Shown: in pieces, positions 24,293-36,641 of the stretch
How the letters are laid out: each line of letters opens with the position of its first letter
Numbering within the stretch: the first letter of the stretch is position 1
Program-made: the position numbers and the translations under genes
Assembly (NCBI RefSeq): GCF_006345805.1
Contig: NC_043022.1
Span: forward strand, 25,480,737 to 25,544,736
Length of the DNA: 64,000 nucleotides
Source of the DNA: Octopus sinensis
Lineage: Eukaryota
Direction: 5' to 3'
Notes under the pieces: generated by a model
What the model was told of the DNA's origin: nothing
The model's database searches: none
The model's input: only the letters and a program-made list of their open reading frames with translations

Positions 24293-24699
24293 TATATGAG
24301 GGCCTATTTTACATGTAAATAGATGGTGGTTTTCTGACCTAAAGAAAATACGACTTCCGGTCTATGTATTTATCTATTTTGAGTTGCAATTGATTTTTGT
24401 TTTTTTTTTTATTCCGTCTGACAAATTTGTGTGTGATCATGTATATTTCAATGCAGATATGCATACTTGTTTTAACGTACGTATTTTGAACCTCACTCTA
24501 TCTGTATATATATCTGTCTATCTATCGGTCTGTCGGTCTCTCTGGTGTATATGTGCCGATGTGTGTGTGTGTGAGTCAACGTCATTTGTCTAGTTGTGAG
24601 CGTGTCAGTATAAATTAATATCTACGTGCACTCAGTGTTCAAGCATTTGTAAAGATGTTTGTATTAGTCTCTGACTACATGAATGCATAGATATACATA

Positions 24700-25173
<474 letters not shown>

Positions 25174-25367
25174 GGTGTTGTAAGAACTCAAATTACGAAT
25201 ATTCATCCATCCTCTTCCCTCTACCCACCTCTCTCTCTACTTTTTAAAAAAAAAATCTGCATAAGTTAGGAAGTGACTCAAGGATGGACAGCTTCTTGCA
25301 TGTTAATTATTAAACTGGCACGAACCTCTCGGCCCAAGAGTCAGTTTTTAAATTCTGTTAATTTATA

Positions 25368-25414
<47 letters not shown>

Positions 25415-25480
25415 TATATATAACAAAGTCGAAGTGCGATAAAATAAAATTAATTATTATCGCTGGTAATATATATATAT

Positions 25481-25693
25481 ATAACGGGAAGCTTTATGAA
25501 AATAAACAAAAGACGAAGGCAGGTGGAGTACAAACAAACAATTGTATTAGTATGGCGCTCAGGAATATAAATAAAACTAGTCTTTAACGTTTCGAGCCTA
25601 CGCTCTTCAACAGAAAGATACACAGAAAAGAAACACGGAGAGGAACAAGGAGAGAAAAAAAATGCGTGCAGAAGCTAGCGATTCAACATGGCG
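25481..25693 (-). mobile_element. Penelope-like terminal-repeat fragment
   Basis: Contains a minimal hammerhead-like fold and is flanked by TA tracts; family assignment is inferred from the hammerhead. Confidence 0.55.
25581..25618 (-). ncRNA. Variant minimal hammerhead-like motif (CUGUUGA core)
   Basis: ucuuu-CUGUUGA-a-GAGC(guag)GCUC-GAAAC-GUU-aaaga: stem I 5 bp, stem II 4 bp, palindromic ACGU stem III; core A6 is replaced by U. Confidence 0.55.
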
Positions 25694-25714
25694 ATATATA
25701 TATATTCATTTATC

Positions 25715-26345
25715 CGTTTTTTGTTTGTCATTTTGACTGCGGCCATGCTGGAGCACCGCCTTTAGTCGAACAAATCGACCCCAGGACTTATTCTTTGTAA
25801 GCCTTGTGCTTATTGTATCTGTCTCTTTAGCCGAACCGCTAAGTTACGGGGACGTAAACACACCAGCATCGGTTGTCAAGCGATGCTGGGAGGACAAACA
25901 CAGACACACAAACATATACACACACATACATATATACAACGTGCTTCTTTCAGTTTCCGTCTACCAAATCCACTCATAAGGCTTTGGTCGGCCCGACGCT
26001 ATAGTAGAAAACACTTGCCCAAGGTGTCACGCTGTGGGACTGAACCTGGAACCATGTGGTTCGGAAGCAAGCTACTTACCACACAGCCACTCCTACGCCT
26101 ATGATGTTGATCCCTGAAGAATTATAGTCGAATGAATCGACCTCAGTGCTTTTATATTTTTAAAATTGGTATTACTATCGGTCTTTTTTGCCGAACCGCC
26201 AAGTTACGGGAACGTAAACACCTTACGCCAGTTCTCAAGCGGTAGTGGAGGACAGACACAAATACAGACACGCACTTATATGTATAAGCCGAGCTTCTTT
26301 CAGTTTCCTTCGACCAAATCTACTCACAAAGCTTTGGTTGACCCG
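25715..26345 (-). mobile_element. Two SINE B copies (full 25715-26100; partial 26130-26345)
   Basis: Reverse-complement matches to B. Confidence 0.85.
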
Positions 26346-27235
26346 ATGCTCAACTGTAACTTATTTTATCGATTCCATTGTTCAACTGGAATTTATTTTA
26401 TTGATTTGCGTGCTCAACTGGACCTTATTTTATCGATTCCATTGTTCAACTGGACCTTATTTTATCGATTCCATTGCTCAACTGGAATTCATTTTATCGA
26501 TCTGTGTGCTCAATTGTAACTTATTTTATCGATTTGCGTGCTCAACTGTAACTTATTTTATCGATTCCATTGCTCAACTGGAATTTATTTTATCGATCTG
26601 TGTGCTCAATTGTAACTTATTTTATCGATCTGTGTGCTCAACTGTAACTTATTTTATCGATTCCATTGCTCAACTGGAATTTATTTTATCGATCTGTGTG
26701 CTCAACTGTAACTTATTTTATCGATCTGTGTGCTCAACTGTAACTTATTTTATCGATCTGTGTGCTCAACTGTAACTTATTTTATCGATCTGTGTGCTCA
26801 ACTGTGACTTATTTTATCGATTCCATTGCTCAACTGTAACTTATTTTATCGATCTGTGTGCTCAACTGTAACTTATTTTATCGATTCCATTGCTCAACTG
26901 TAACTTATTTTATCGATCTGTGTGCTCAACTGTAACTTATTTTATCGACCTGTGTGCTCAACTGTAACTTATTTTATCGATCTGTGTGCTCAACTGTAAC
27001 TTATTTTATCGATCTGTGTGCTCAACTGTAACTTATTTTATCGATTCCATTGCTCAACTGTAACTTATTTTATCGATCTGTGTGCTCAACTGTAACTTAT
27101 TTTATCGATCTGTGTGCTCAACTGTAACTTATTTTATCGATCTGTGTGCTCAACTGTAACTTATTTTATCGATTTCCGTGCTCAACTGTGACTTATATTA
27201 TCGATTCCTTTGCTCAACCGGAACTTATTTATCAA
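26340..27235. repeat. 32-bp minisatellite (about 28 units) derived from the SINE A2 core
   Basis: Units atcgatctgtgtgctcaactgtaacttatttt and atcgattccattgctcaactgtaacttatttt run directly into a minus-strand A2 body. Confidence 0.92.
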
Positions 27236-27345
27236 CCCCAGAAGGAAGAAAGGCAAAGTCAACCTCGGCGGTATTTGAACTCAGAATGTAAAGGCAGACA
27301 AAATGCTGTTAAGCAATGCCAGCGTTTCTGCCCGTCCGCCTCGTT
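27236..27345 (-). mobile_element. SINE A2 5' half continuing from the minisatellite
   Basis: aaggcaaagtcaacctcggcggtatttgaactcagaatgtaaaggcagac. Confidence 0.8.
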
Positions 27346-27794
27346 CCTGAAAAGGTCATATTGATGATGATGATGATAATAACGCTGACATCAACAACAA
27401 TTTTGTTGATGATGATTGTGATGGCGATGGTTGGAAGGACGGTGATTATTATTATTATTATTGCAGCCGCCATATTGTGCTGATATTGTTATCGAGATAT
27501 GTGTGATGAGGAGGACGATGACCATCATTATGATGTTAACGATTATGAGGAATATAAATGTGGTGTTGATGATGATGATGATGATGATGACGGCGGTGAA
27601 GACGTCGGCAACGATGACGACGATGATGATGATGGCGGTGGAGGTGGTTATGGAGGTATGGTGGTAGAGAAGACTGTTTGTATTTATTGTTAAACAGTTT
27701 ATTTATGTGTTTTGGTGGGGATGTCTTCGCCCAATTGTCACGAACACACCTGCCCCCCCCCATTCCTCACAAATCTCTTCTCCCATACCCCGTC

Positions 27795-27960
27795 CCCTAA
27801 CTAATCCCTTCTCGCTCTACGCTTGAACAGTTCGATCAATATTCACCGGAGTAAAGTGTATCAATTGAGTTGTGGCTCGGGCGGAAGTTATAAACTTCTC
27901 ACCGGAAGTCAACTGACAGTGTCGGCAGGCTGCAAACCGTGGTGGGAGGTGTGGGTATTT
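27795..27960. promoter_or_regulatory. GC-richer unique island with two ETS-like motifs (also splice-site-like)
   Basis: gCGGAAGTt (27881-27889) and aCCGGAAGTc (27901-27910); ctaac plus pyrimidine tract plus AG ending at 27830. Confidence 0.2.
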
Positions 27961-28559
27961 TGTCTTGGTTGTGATCGGCTTTGGTTCTTAAGAGGTTGTA
28001 GTAGTGGTAGTAGTAGTAGTAGTAGTAGTAGTAGTTCTTAAGAGGCAGTAGTAGTTTTGCTAAGACTGGTTGTGATGATTGATAGCATGGGCGTGACTTT
28101 GGAATGGTTAGATATTACCGTAAATTACAGCCGACGCTGATGGTGATGGTGGTTGTTGGCGGTGGAGGAGTCGGATGGTCGATGATGGTAAATAGTGACT
28201 GGTTAATATTCGGGCGGGAGATGAAGTGGGGGGGGAGATGCTGTTAGTGTTGTGTTAGTGGAAGTGAAATGTGTTAATACGTCCGGGCGACGACGGTGGC
28301 GACGGCTCCTTGTTTATGAGGACAGATGGGTAGGTGGTAGGTGGTTCTGATTTCGATGAAGGTAGTTGGGTGATCGAATGAAAAGAAAGAAAAATGGTTG
28401 GTGATAGGTGGCATCTTGGTTGTGATGTTGGAGATGGTGAAGGCGGTGATGGTGACAGATGTTGTCACAAACTGACGTTTAGGAGATCTTCGAAGGATGT
28501 ATACATGCAAGTACGTGTGCATATTTTTGTATGTATAAGGGTCTTGCATGCAGTAATGC

Positions 28560-28898
28560 AAATCTGCCTCTCCCTCTCTTTCTCCCTCCTTTTCGTTTTC
28601 CCTCCCTCATTCACTTTCTTTCTCTTTCTGTATCTTCCTCTCTCTCCATCCCTCCTTTCGCTCCCACCCTCCTTCTTCTCGTCCTCTCCCTGCTTCCTTT
28701 CCCCTCTCCCCTTCTCTTTCCTCTGTCTGTCTCTGCATTCCTTTCTCTCTCTCTTTCTTTCCTCTCTCTTCTGCCTCCTTCTCTCCCACATTCCTCTTTC
28801 ACCCTCCCTCCTTCCTCTTTCCCCCTCCTTCCTCTTTCCCCTCCACCCTATCACCCCTTCCTCTCCCACCCTCCGCCTATCCCCACCCTCCTCCACCT
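28560..28898. repeat. CT-rich low-complexity tract
   Basis: Direct reading. Confidence 0.9.
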
Positions 28899-29660
28899 CA
28901 AGAATTCTATATACCAGTGTAAAATTTCTTCCGGTACCGATGTCTACTTCTACAGTTATCCAAGAGAATTTCAAATCATTATTCATCATATAGGGATAGC
29001 AAAAAACGCCATAGTACAGGGTTAAGTAAATTGGTTTGGCATCTTAAAGACAACAATAAAGATTTTAAGTTAGATTGGTTCATACTGTACGTATCCATTC
29101 CTTTCGATAAGGGCAAGAGATTTTGTAACATTTGCAACTCTGAACTCTTCCATACTCTCTTCTCTAAGAATCAACTTGTTAACACACTTATAGAGCGATC
29201 GTACAAATGTAAACACTGGTAGAAACATACCTTTAACTCATATAAGTGATATCGCCAGTCTTTATAGTTTAAACAGTTAGTTTAACTTGCACTTTACTTC
29301 AATAGAGAAATCTACTTCCAAGCCTTTGAACATTTTTTTAAACCTATATACCCCTCTCTACTTGTTCTCTACTTATTATTCCTTTAACCCTTCTCTTTCT
29401 ACTATCTGCCTTTGACGTCAAATCTGCTAACGGTTTTTTAAAAATACTTAATAACGTTCTGTTTATCATTTAGGCAGTCATCGTAATTGTTATAACGTCT
29501 TGTTGTTGAGAGAGGATCTCTTTCTTTCCTGATGAGAAGATTGCATTTTACACCGTTTATTCCTTTGGAATAAAACCATATTGTCTTCGAAACATATGTC
29601 GAAAGTAAAAGAATTTTATTAACATCTTCGTTCAACTCCATTTATTTATTTATTCATTTA
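28899..29660 (+). mobile_element. Penelope-like element: decayed GIY-YIG endonuclease C-terminus plus terminal-repeat region
   Basis: NSIYQCKISSGTDVYFY... / KRHSTGLSKLVWHLKDNNKDFKLDWFIL...PFDKGKRFCNICNSELFHTLFSKNQLVN...YKCKHW*KHTFNSYK*, followed by a hammerhead. Confidence 0.85.
29524..29605 (+). ncRNA. Type I hammerhead ribozyme with all core nucleotides intact
   Basis: CUUUC(29524-28)-CUGAUGA(29529-35)-GAAGA...UCUUC(29584-88)-GAAAC-AUAU-GUC(29598-600)-GAAAG(29601-05); predicted cleavage after C29600. Confidence 0.85.
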
Positions 29661-29904
29661 TAACATACAAATTACTGCACATTAACCTGGAGTTTCTACC
29701 TTTGGATAGGTCGCTTCAGCCGTGTTTCTGACGGGAATTTGGCTACCTTGGTAACGGTTTAATGGTAAACATTGGATAATTCATTCATCCATTGAAATAT
29801 TCTTATATATATATATATATATATATATATAATCCTATTGTATCTTTATAATTAAATATTAAGCGTTGTATACAAAACAATTAAAATATTTTGTGTGCTG
29901 TAGA

Positions 29905-29993
29905 AGTACGACCAACTCATTGTACATACGTTTTAACAACAAATTTTTTTGTGGGTCCCCAAGGGTCATACGGACCTTGGTTGGGAACCACTG
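29905..29993. mobile_element. Probable hAT-type MITE right end
   Basis: Ends ggttgggaaccaCTG (reverse complement CAGTGGTTCCCAACC); left end not found. Confidence 0.45.
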
Positions 29994-30044
29994 AGTTATA
30001 CAAAGACCACCAACCACAAACATTCAACAATAGGGCTTCTGCAT

Positions 30045-30260
30045 TGCCACTCAACATGCTAGAAATAGTGATCTTCAAACTCATGCCCTATGGTCTTAAA
30101 CAATGGACACATGGAAATGGCCTCTGCGTCGTCGCTCAACTTGCTAGAAATAACAACCAAAATATCTTCAGGCTCATACTGTATCGTCTTAAACAATGGA
30201 CACATAGGATAATGTGATCCTAGATACACTGTAAACGAAACGGTGTGGTGACAGCTGGAA
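30045..30260 (+). repeat. Family F fragment with internal duplication
   Basis: tgctagaaata...gtcttaaacaatggacacat occurs twice. Confidence 0.55.
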
Positions 30261-31460
30261 TATTTTTTGATCATAGATTTATTTCATTAGATCTGTCCAG
30301 GCTCGACAGACATACACACAAAGTAAAACAAGTACACACAAAAAGAAACCCCATCAGTAACTTGAAGAAATAACATCAATAGTAGCTACAAGTAGACTCA
30401 ATTCCCAAAACACAAAACAAATACTATTCTATTCCAAGTTTACTTAGACACACACACAAAGAAATATATTTTCTCTTGGAGAGATTCTTGAACCATTTTA
30501 AACGTTTCTGGTAGAAACAAGCAATGATTTCTTAAGTCTTAAGTCTTTGTGAAAGTATAGCACTATAAAATCCAAGAACTATATTTATAACCTGATATGG
30601 GTAATTGATACTAAGCTATCGAAACCATTAAGAATCAAAATTAGAAAATAAAATCTTGCAATAGTCAGTATTGCGTTCAAAGTGGTAAATTATACAGTAA
30701 AGACAAGATGGAGTCTAGCAAAGCGGCCATTGTTTAAGCCTGTAAACCAGCAGCCATGTTGTCTGATAAGTTGTCAAACGTTGCCTGTTTATTATTAGTA
30801 GATAAAAGTTTTTATGGCTCAGGGAAAAGTTTCATTGAGGCGACAGCGTCCACAGGCATTACACAAATACAAACATTTCCACAGTTTTACGCACAGCTGC
30901 GTATGTATGTGTGTAAGCGCGCGTATGAGTCCGTACATATATGCATACATTAGTGGATATGTGTATATATGTGTATGTATGTCCATACATTTATACATAC
31001 GAACACACAAATACAATTCTGTAAACTTGTACTAGAATAAATGTACATTGTCACTCACATAAACGTAAGTCCTGAGTTACCAATATATATTCACGTGTAT
31101 GTATGTATAAAGATATGTATCAGTGTGTGTGTGTGTGTGTGTGTATATATATCTAAATCTGTATATATACATATACACAAATATATATTTGCGTGTATAT
31201 ATGTATATGCCTGTATATATTTGTGCATACATTTACAGATACACTCACAAACTCACTCGAACTTGTATACACATTTGTGTGTATGTATTTAAGTATGAAA
31301 GTGTGTGCACGCGCCTTATGTTAAAACAATAAACTATACCAACATCTATACATTCTATGTAGATATATATAGACAGATATGTTAACCTATGTGTTTATGT
31401 ATATGTGAGCGTATGTATTGTATGTATGTATGTATGTATGTATGTATGTATGTATGTATG

Positions 31461-31500
<40 letters not shown>

Positions 31501-31819
31501 TGTGCATACCTCTATATGCATAATATATACGTTCAGAAAGGGAGATAAAATCAGAGAGGGAACCGAAACAGTTAAAAGTAAGAAATGCTAAAAACTGGCG
31601 TATATATTAACTCGAGCAATTGTACATACAAACACGCATGGTCCCCTGGATACATACATACACACAATACATTGAACATAACGCATGTGTAATATAGAGG
31701 CATTTACATACCTGCATTCACGTGTGTGCACAAGTATTAATCTACGTGTATACATATATCTGTGCATATAATTATAGCGAGGGTCACTTTAATATTGGTG
31801 CCAGTGTATATGTATACAC

Positions 31820-31921
31820 ACATAAATATAAACATCCACGCACACACACACACATATATATATACACACGCACACATATATATATATACACACACACATA
31901 CATATATATATATACATATAT

Positions 31922-31954
<33 letters not shown>

Positions 31955-32773
31955 CATATGTATGTATATATATGTATATATATATATATATGTATGTATA
32001 TATATATATATATACATACATACATATCTATATATATATATATACATACATATTTATATATACATACATACATATATATATATACATACATATTTATATA
32101 TATATACATATATACATATGCCAATGTAACATTTTACCTAAAAGTATATACAATACACACACATACATATACGTATACACACACACACACACACACACAC
32201 AGACGTTTGTATACTTCACGTTACACACGCACCTGCCGGCAAACAGACATCCACACACATGTACGTTCCCGTGTTTATGGGAATTTTATGTGTTGTTGTG
32301 TATTGAATCAAGATTCTATTTGCATTCATATATACAGTACCAAAAGAACAAAGCACGGATACTCGGGAGTATACGTATATCATATATGCAAGTATTCGAG
32401 CGTGTATACATAAAATATAACAACAGCCCTTATTCACACACGACAACACACGTTGAAGTGCATACACACCAAACCCATACGTACATATACTGACACCCAC
32501 GCACATATATAATGTGTGTGTTTATGTATGTGAGTCCATATATGTAAATGTATTAATTCATATATATATATATATATATGTATGTTTATCTATATATTAT
32601 ATATATATGTATATATATGGTTCTAATATTTCTATTAATATATTTTACTGTTCGTTTTCTTTATCTCTGTCCCTCTATCTCATCTTTCTCCCTTCCTGTG
32701 TCTGTCTCTATATGCTGTCTGTTTACCTGCCTGTTGGACTATCTGTATGTCTCTCTCTCTCTCTTTCTTTCCT

Positions 32774-32805
<32 letters not shown>

Positions 32806-32806
32806 T

Positions 32807-32838
<32 letters not shown>

Positions 32839-33010
32839 TCCTTCTCTCTCTCTCTTTCTTCTTTCTTTCTTTCCTTCCCTCTCTTTCTTTCTTTCCTTCT
32901 CTCTTTCTTTCTTTCTTTCTCTCGCTCTCTCTCCCTTTCTTTCTTTCCTTCTCTCTCTCCTTTCTTGCTTTCTTTCTTTCCTTCTCTCTCTCTCTCTCTC
33001 TTTCTTTCCC
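31820..33010. repeat. (TA)/(TACA)/(CA) tracts and a (CTTT)n tract (32745-33010)
   Basis: Direct reading. Confidence 0.9.
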
Positions 33011-33122
33011 TCTAAATTTGTCTCTCTTTGTGTCCCTTATCTATTTTCCTGTATGTATGTATGCATGCATATAGACACACATATATATGCATGTGTATAT
33101 TTTTAAATGTTCATATATATGA

Positions 33123-33165
<43 letters not shown>

Positions 33166-33399
33166 GACACGCTACTTTTTTTATTACGAACGGGAGAATA
33201 ATTACTTAATACCATAGTAGACTCTCATAATTGATTTAAGCTGATCCATTAATCCGATGCTCTGGAGAATCTCCGATATGGAATCAGCCAGGAATAGACC
33301 GTATAAAGACACATCACTATCATACTACATAGGCTAGGACACATGACTGACTGAATGTGTAAGTAGGAATTTTCATGGGCAGTTAGTATTGTACATCCT

Positions 33400-34345
33400 A
33401 TTATTATTTCATATACGCACAACAGATTAGACTTGAAAAATATACCAAACATTTGGCTTCAACAAGGAACCTTAAATGCAAAGAGCTTTCCTAAGTAACT
33501 TATGTATCCCTAATAGTATTGTTTTCTTGTACTGCGCTCAACAAGTTTTTATACTTATTTCCTTTATCCATCTATTCAAATCTTAATGAATTGTTCCTAA
33601 TTCACTTATAACCACAAGGATACATTTTACCGGACTCTCAATAGCTTCTGTAACTCAATGGCTAGTTTCTGGTATTTTGTTATTTTTCTCTAAACCTCTC
33701 ATATTCTCACCATTGGGACTAAAGTCAATTACCTGACACTTTCTATTCTCTTTATCTACTATTACTAAATCAAGCCTTCTATCTTCTATTACTCTGTCAG
33801 TCTAAATATCAAATTCCCACCATATTTATATTTCTCGTCTTCTAGCACTTTACCAGGTTCATGTATCCTACTGATAACAGAATCTCCTCCCTACTAATAT
33901 CTAGCAACTTCCTTCTATTAACACCTTTTAATGCTGGTAATCTTTTTCTTTCTTCTTTACTCATTATTCCTTCAACTCATCTAAAGTCTTCTGATCTTCC
34001 TCACTTAAGTCGCTGGTATCAGTTTTCCTTCCTGATTGGTAATGCTATTATTTTTTTCTTGTAGGTTCTTCTTTGACTTGAACTCTATCACCAATGTTGT
34101 TTGGCTTGCTCTACTTCTTGGCCTTTTTGTTTTTCTAGTTCTTTTCTGATCTCGTCTACTTGCAGTTTTATCATTCGCTTTTTCTCCTAATAACATTAGC
34201 CTGGTCCACTCGTCTCTGCTCTGTTATTTCAAACATATTTTTTTCTAACACACCTTTTCTGTAACTTCTTACTTTAGTTTCACTTTCCGAGTAGCACTGC
34301 ACCATTTCCCTGCTCTCTTCGCTTGTCCATTTCCATCTCCTTACT
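33400..34345 (-). mobile_element. Internally deleted R4/Dong-like non-LTR retrotransposon (N-terminus joined to restriction-like endonuclease, RT absent)
   Basis: RWKWTSEESREMVQCYSESETKVRSYRKG...MFEITEQRRVDQANVIRRK...RKRLPALKGVNRRKL, joined near 33870 to HEPGKVLEDEKYK/WEFDI*TDRVIEDRRLDLVIVDKENRKCQVIDF/EKITKYQKLAIELQKL/VKCILVVISELGTI...KTILLGIHKLLRKAL; (TAA)n tail. Confidence 0.8.
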
Positions 34346-34358
34346 ATAGTATATACTC

Positions 34359-35165
34359 ATCATCATCATTGTTCGACCGTGGTCGAGACAATGGAATTTA
34401 CTATGCTACGCCAGACTTCACGGTCCATCATAGCCTTACGGAGGTCCTGTTGCTGGATGCCTGTATCCCTAGAGATTACATCAGGGTAGGAGAGTATGCG
34501 CCCTCTGGTATCACGAGTAGATGGCTTTCAGAGGAGAAGAGTAGAAATTACCTAGTTTTCAGCTCTACAACAATATCTGGCAAACTGGACTCTCCTACCT
34601 TTCACAAGAGATGACACAGGTGGTAGTTTCCCATATATTTGCATTTTGGTTGGATGACGCTTCCACGAGAGATTTTGAGCTCTCATAAGGAGGTGAGTGT
34701 AAGTTCCATCCAACTGCCTCTCAAGCTTCTTTGATAACATCCAGGTTTCTGAGCCATATAGTAGAATTGGTTCGACTGTATATATAAAGTGAAATGGACT
34801 GATAAATCCATGCAAATATCTATAAAGCAAGTGTAAGTTCTATCCAACTACCTCTCAAGCTTCTTTGATGATGTCCAGGTTTCTGAGCCATATAGTAGAA
34901 TTGGTTCGACTGTGGCTTTGAAGATTTTACGTTTGAAGTCTCTACTTAGATTTGATGACCAGATCTTATGCATGTCATTACAGGCTGACCAGGCCATACA
35001 CTTTCTAGTTAGAAAATCTTTTCCAGATGATGATATGTAATCAGATGATGATATTTGTAATCAATAACCATATTTAAGAACGTATTGTTGAGAGTATGGA
35101 TGATGAAAGCACTGTTGGACAGGCACTTGTTTATATATTCAGTCTTGGACTCATTGAGGTAAAGA
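34359..35165 (-). mobile_element. RTE-clade LINE 3' portion with (GAT)n tail and an internal 84-bp duplication
   Basis: TVEPILLYGSETWMLSKKLERQLDGTYTHLLMRAQNLSWKRHPT...AMMDREVWRS.VNSIVSTTVEQ*; same family as 60283-60504. Confidence 0.9.
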
Positions 35166-35560
35166 CCTCAAGGTAAAGCTAACCATTTTCAATGACCACT
35201 CAAAGAATAGTTTTAGTTTCATTGCCATCTCTTAGTAAATACTGATGCTGTCTTAGAATAACAACCAAGGTCAGAATGCATCAGTACTGAACCGCTGCAA
35301 CATTATCCGTAGCTGCACCGTTATTATAAGATTCTGCATATAAGTTCAGAGAGAAGTTCTAAAAGTTAGACGTGCAAAGAGATATAAAATATGTTACATA
35401 TTAAAGAATTCCAATTAAGGAATTCATATCCTTCTTATATGATTCTGACTGTTATTCCTTACATTTTCAACAAATTTTAGAAACATCCTACACAATTTTA
35501 TGTATCATTCAGGCGTTTATATTATCCCTGGTTAAGTATTTTGCTATATTTATCATTGGT

Positions 35561-36080
35561 ATCTATCTATCTATCCGCTCAGTCGAAGTCGACTCTCGGT
35601 CACTCGTTGGATCAGTGTCCTCCTGTCAGTTCTGTCCTGGGCCGCTTCTTTCAGATTGGCTATGTCCATTCTGGTATCCCTCTTGATGGTGTCAAGCCAG
35701 CGGGTTCTTGGTCGGCCTCTTCTTGTCTTGCAACTTGACCATTCCGAGCATGATGTCCTTCTCCAGGGATTTTATCCGCAAAACATGACCGAAATATGCC
35801 AATCTATGCTTGGTGATCCTAGCTTCTAGCGACATTTTCGGCCTGATTTGCTTAAGAACTTCTCCATTGGTGAGCCTCGCTGTCCATGGAATCCGTAAAA
35901 GTCTTCTCCAACACCAAAACTCGAATGCATTAATTCTCTTCTGGTCAGCTTTCTTTAGTGTCCAGGTCTCGCATCCATATGTTGCTATTGGGAAGACAAT
36001 TGCATTCACCAATCTGCATTTGGTAGCGAGTCTGATGTCTCAACTCTTCCAGACCCTGCTCATGCTGACCATTGCCTCTC
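35561..36080 (-). mobile_element. RTE-BovB-like LINE 3' fragment
   Basis: VNAIVFPIATYGCETWTLKKADQKRINAFEFWCWRRLLRIPWTARLTNGEVLKQIRPKMSLEARITKHRLAYFGHVLRIKSLEKDIMLG; (GATA)n tail. Confidence 0.88.
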
Positions 36081-36194
36081 ATTGGTAACAATATCATAAA
36101 TATGGAGTTTCGTTTTAGTGCAATTTTGTCTAATATTTCCTATTGAATAGTTACGTGTATTGCCAGATATTGTTTCGTATACTTTTGTATACGC

Positions 36195-36382
36195 GCTCGA
36201 ATAAAGGAAAAGTTAGTAGCGCCGGCGGAGAGCTTCTTCAAATGCAGTCGCTGCATGCGAGACTGCCACTCCCATGTGGGCCTTTACAACAACAGCTGAC
36301 GCTGCACAACCATCAACAGCTGACACAAGTTCTCCAGGCGCAGATCCATGATCTCTTGAGACCGACGGATGCCTATCTACTG
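36195..36382 (+). mobile_element. RTE LINE extreme 3' end (C-terminal zinc finger plus UTR)
   Basis: APAESFFKCSRCMRDCHSHVGLYNNS*RC, then ccatgatctcttgagaccgacggatgcc. Confidence 0.75.
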
Positions 36383-36641
36383 GAGAAAATGTGTGCTCTT
36401 TTTTCAGATTTATTTCGTAATTTTAGATTTGATGCTAAGTCTTCAAGATCAGGTACAAATGATTCTGTAGATCAATTCTATAGGGGACCGTTTATGAATC
36501 ATAAGATATTTGTCTACCCATCAGATCAGAGTCATAGAAGGGACTCTCTGGTGCATGTGATAAACGAAGTTCTGATTTCTTCTGTAACATTTTAATGAAG
36601 TCTTTCTTTGAAGGATTAAGAGTAATTTTGGTTAGATAGCT

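Noticed and set aside
26340-27235. CRISPR-like regular 32-bp repeats
   Set aside because: No unique spacers, no cas genes, eukaryotic context; the unit derives from a SINE core.
36143-36595. 150-aa Q/L-rich ORF
   Set aside because: It overlaps an RTE 3' zinc-finger end in another frame and runs into unrelated sequence; no domain recognised.
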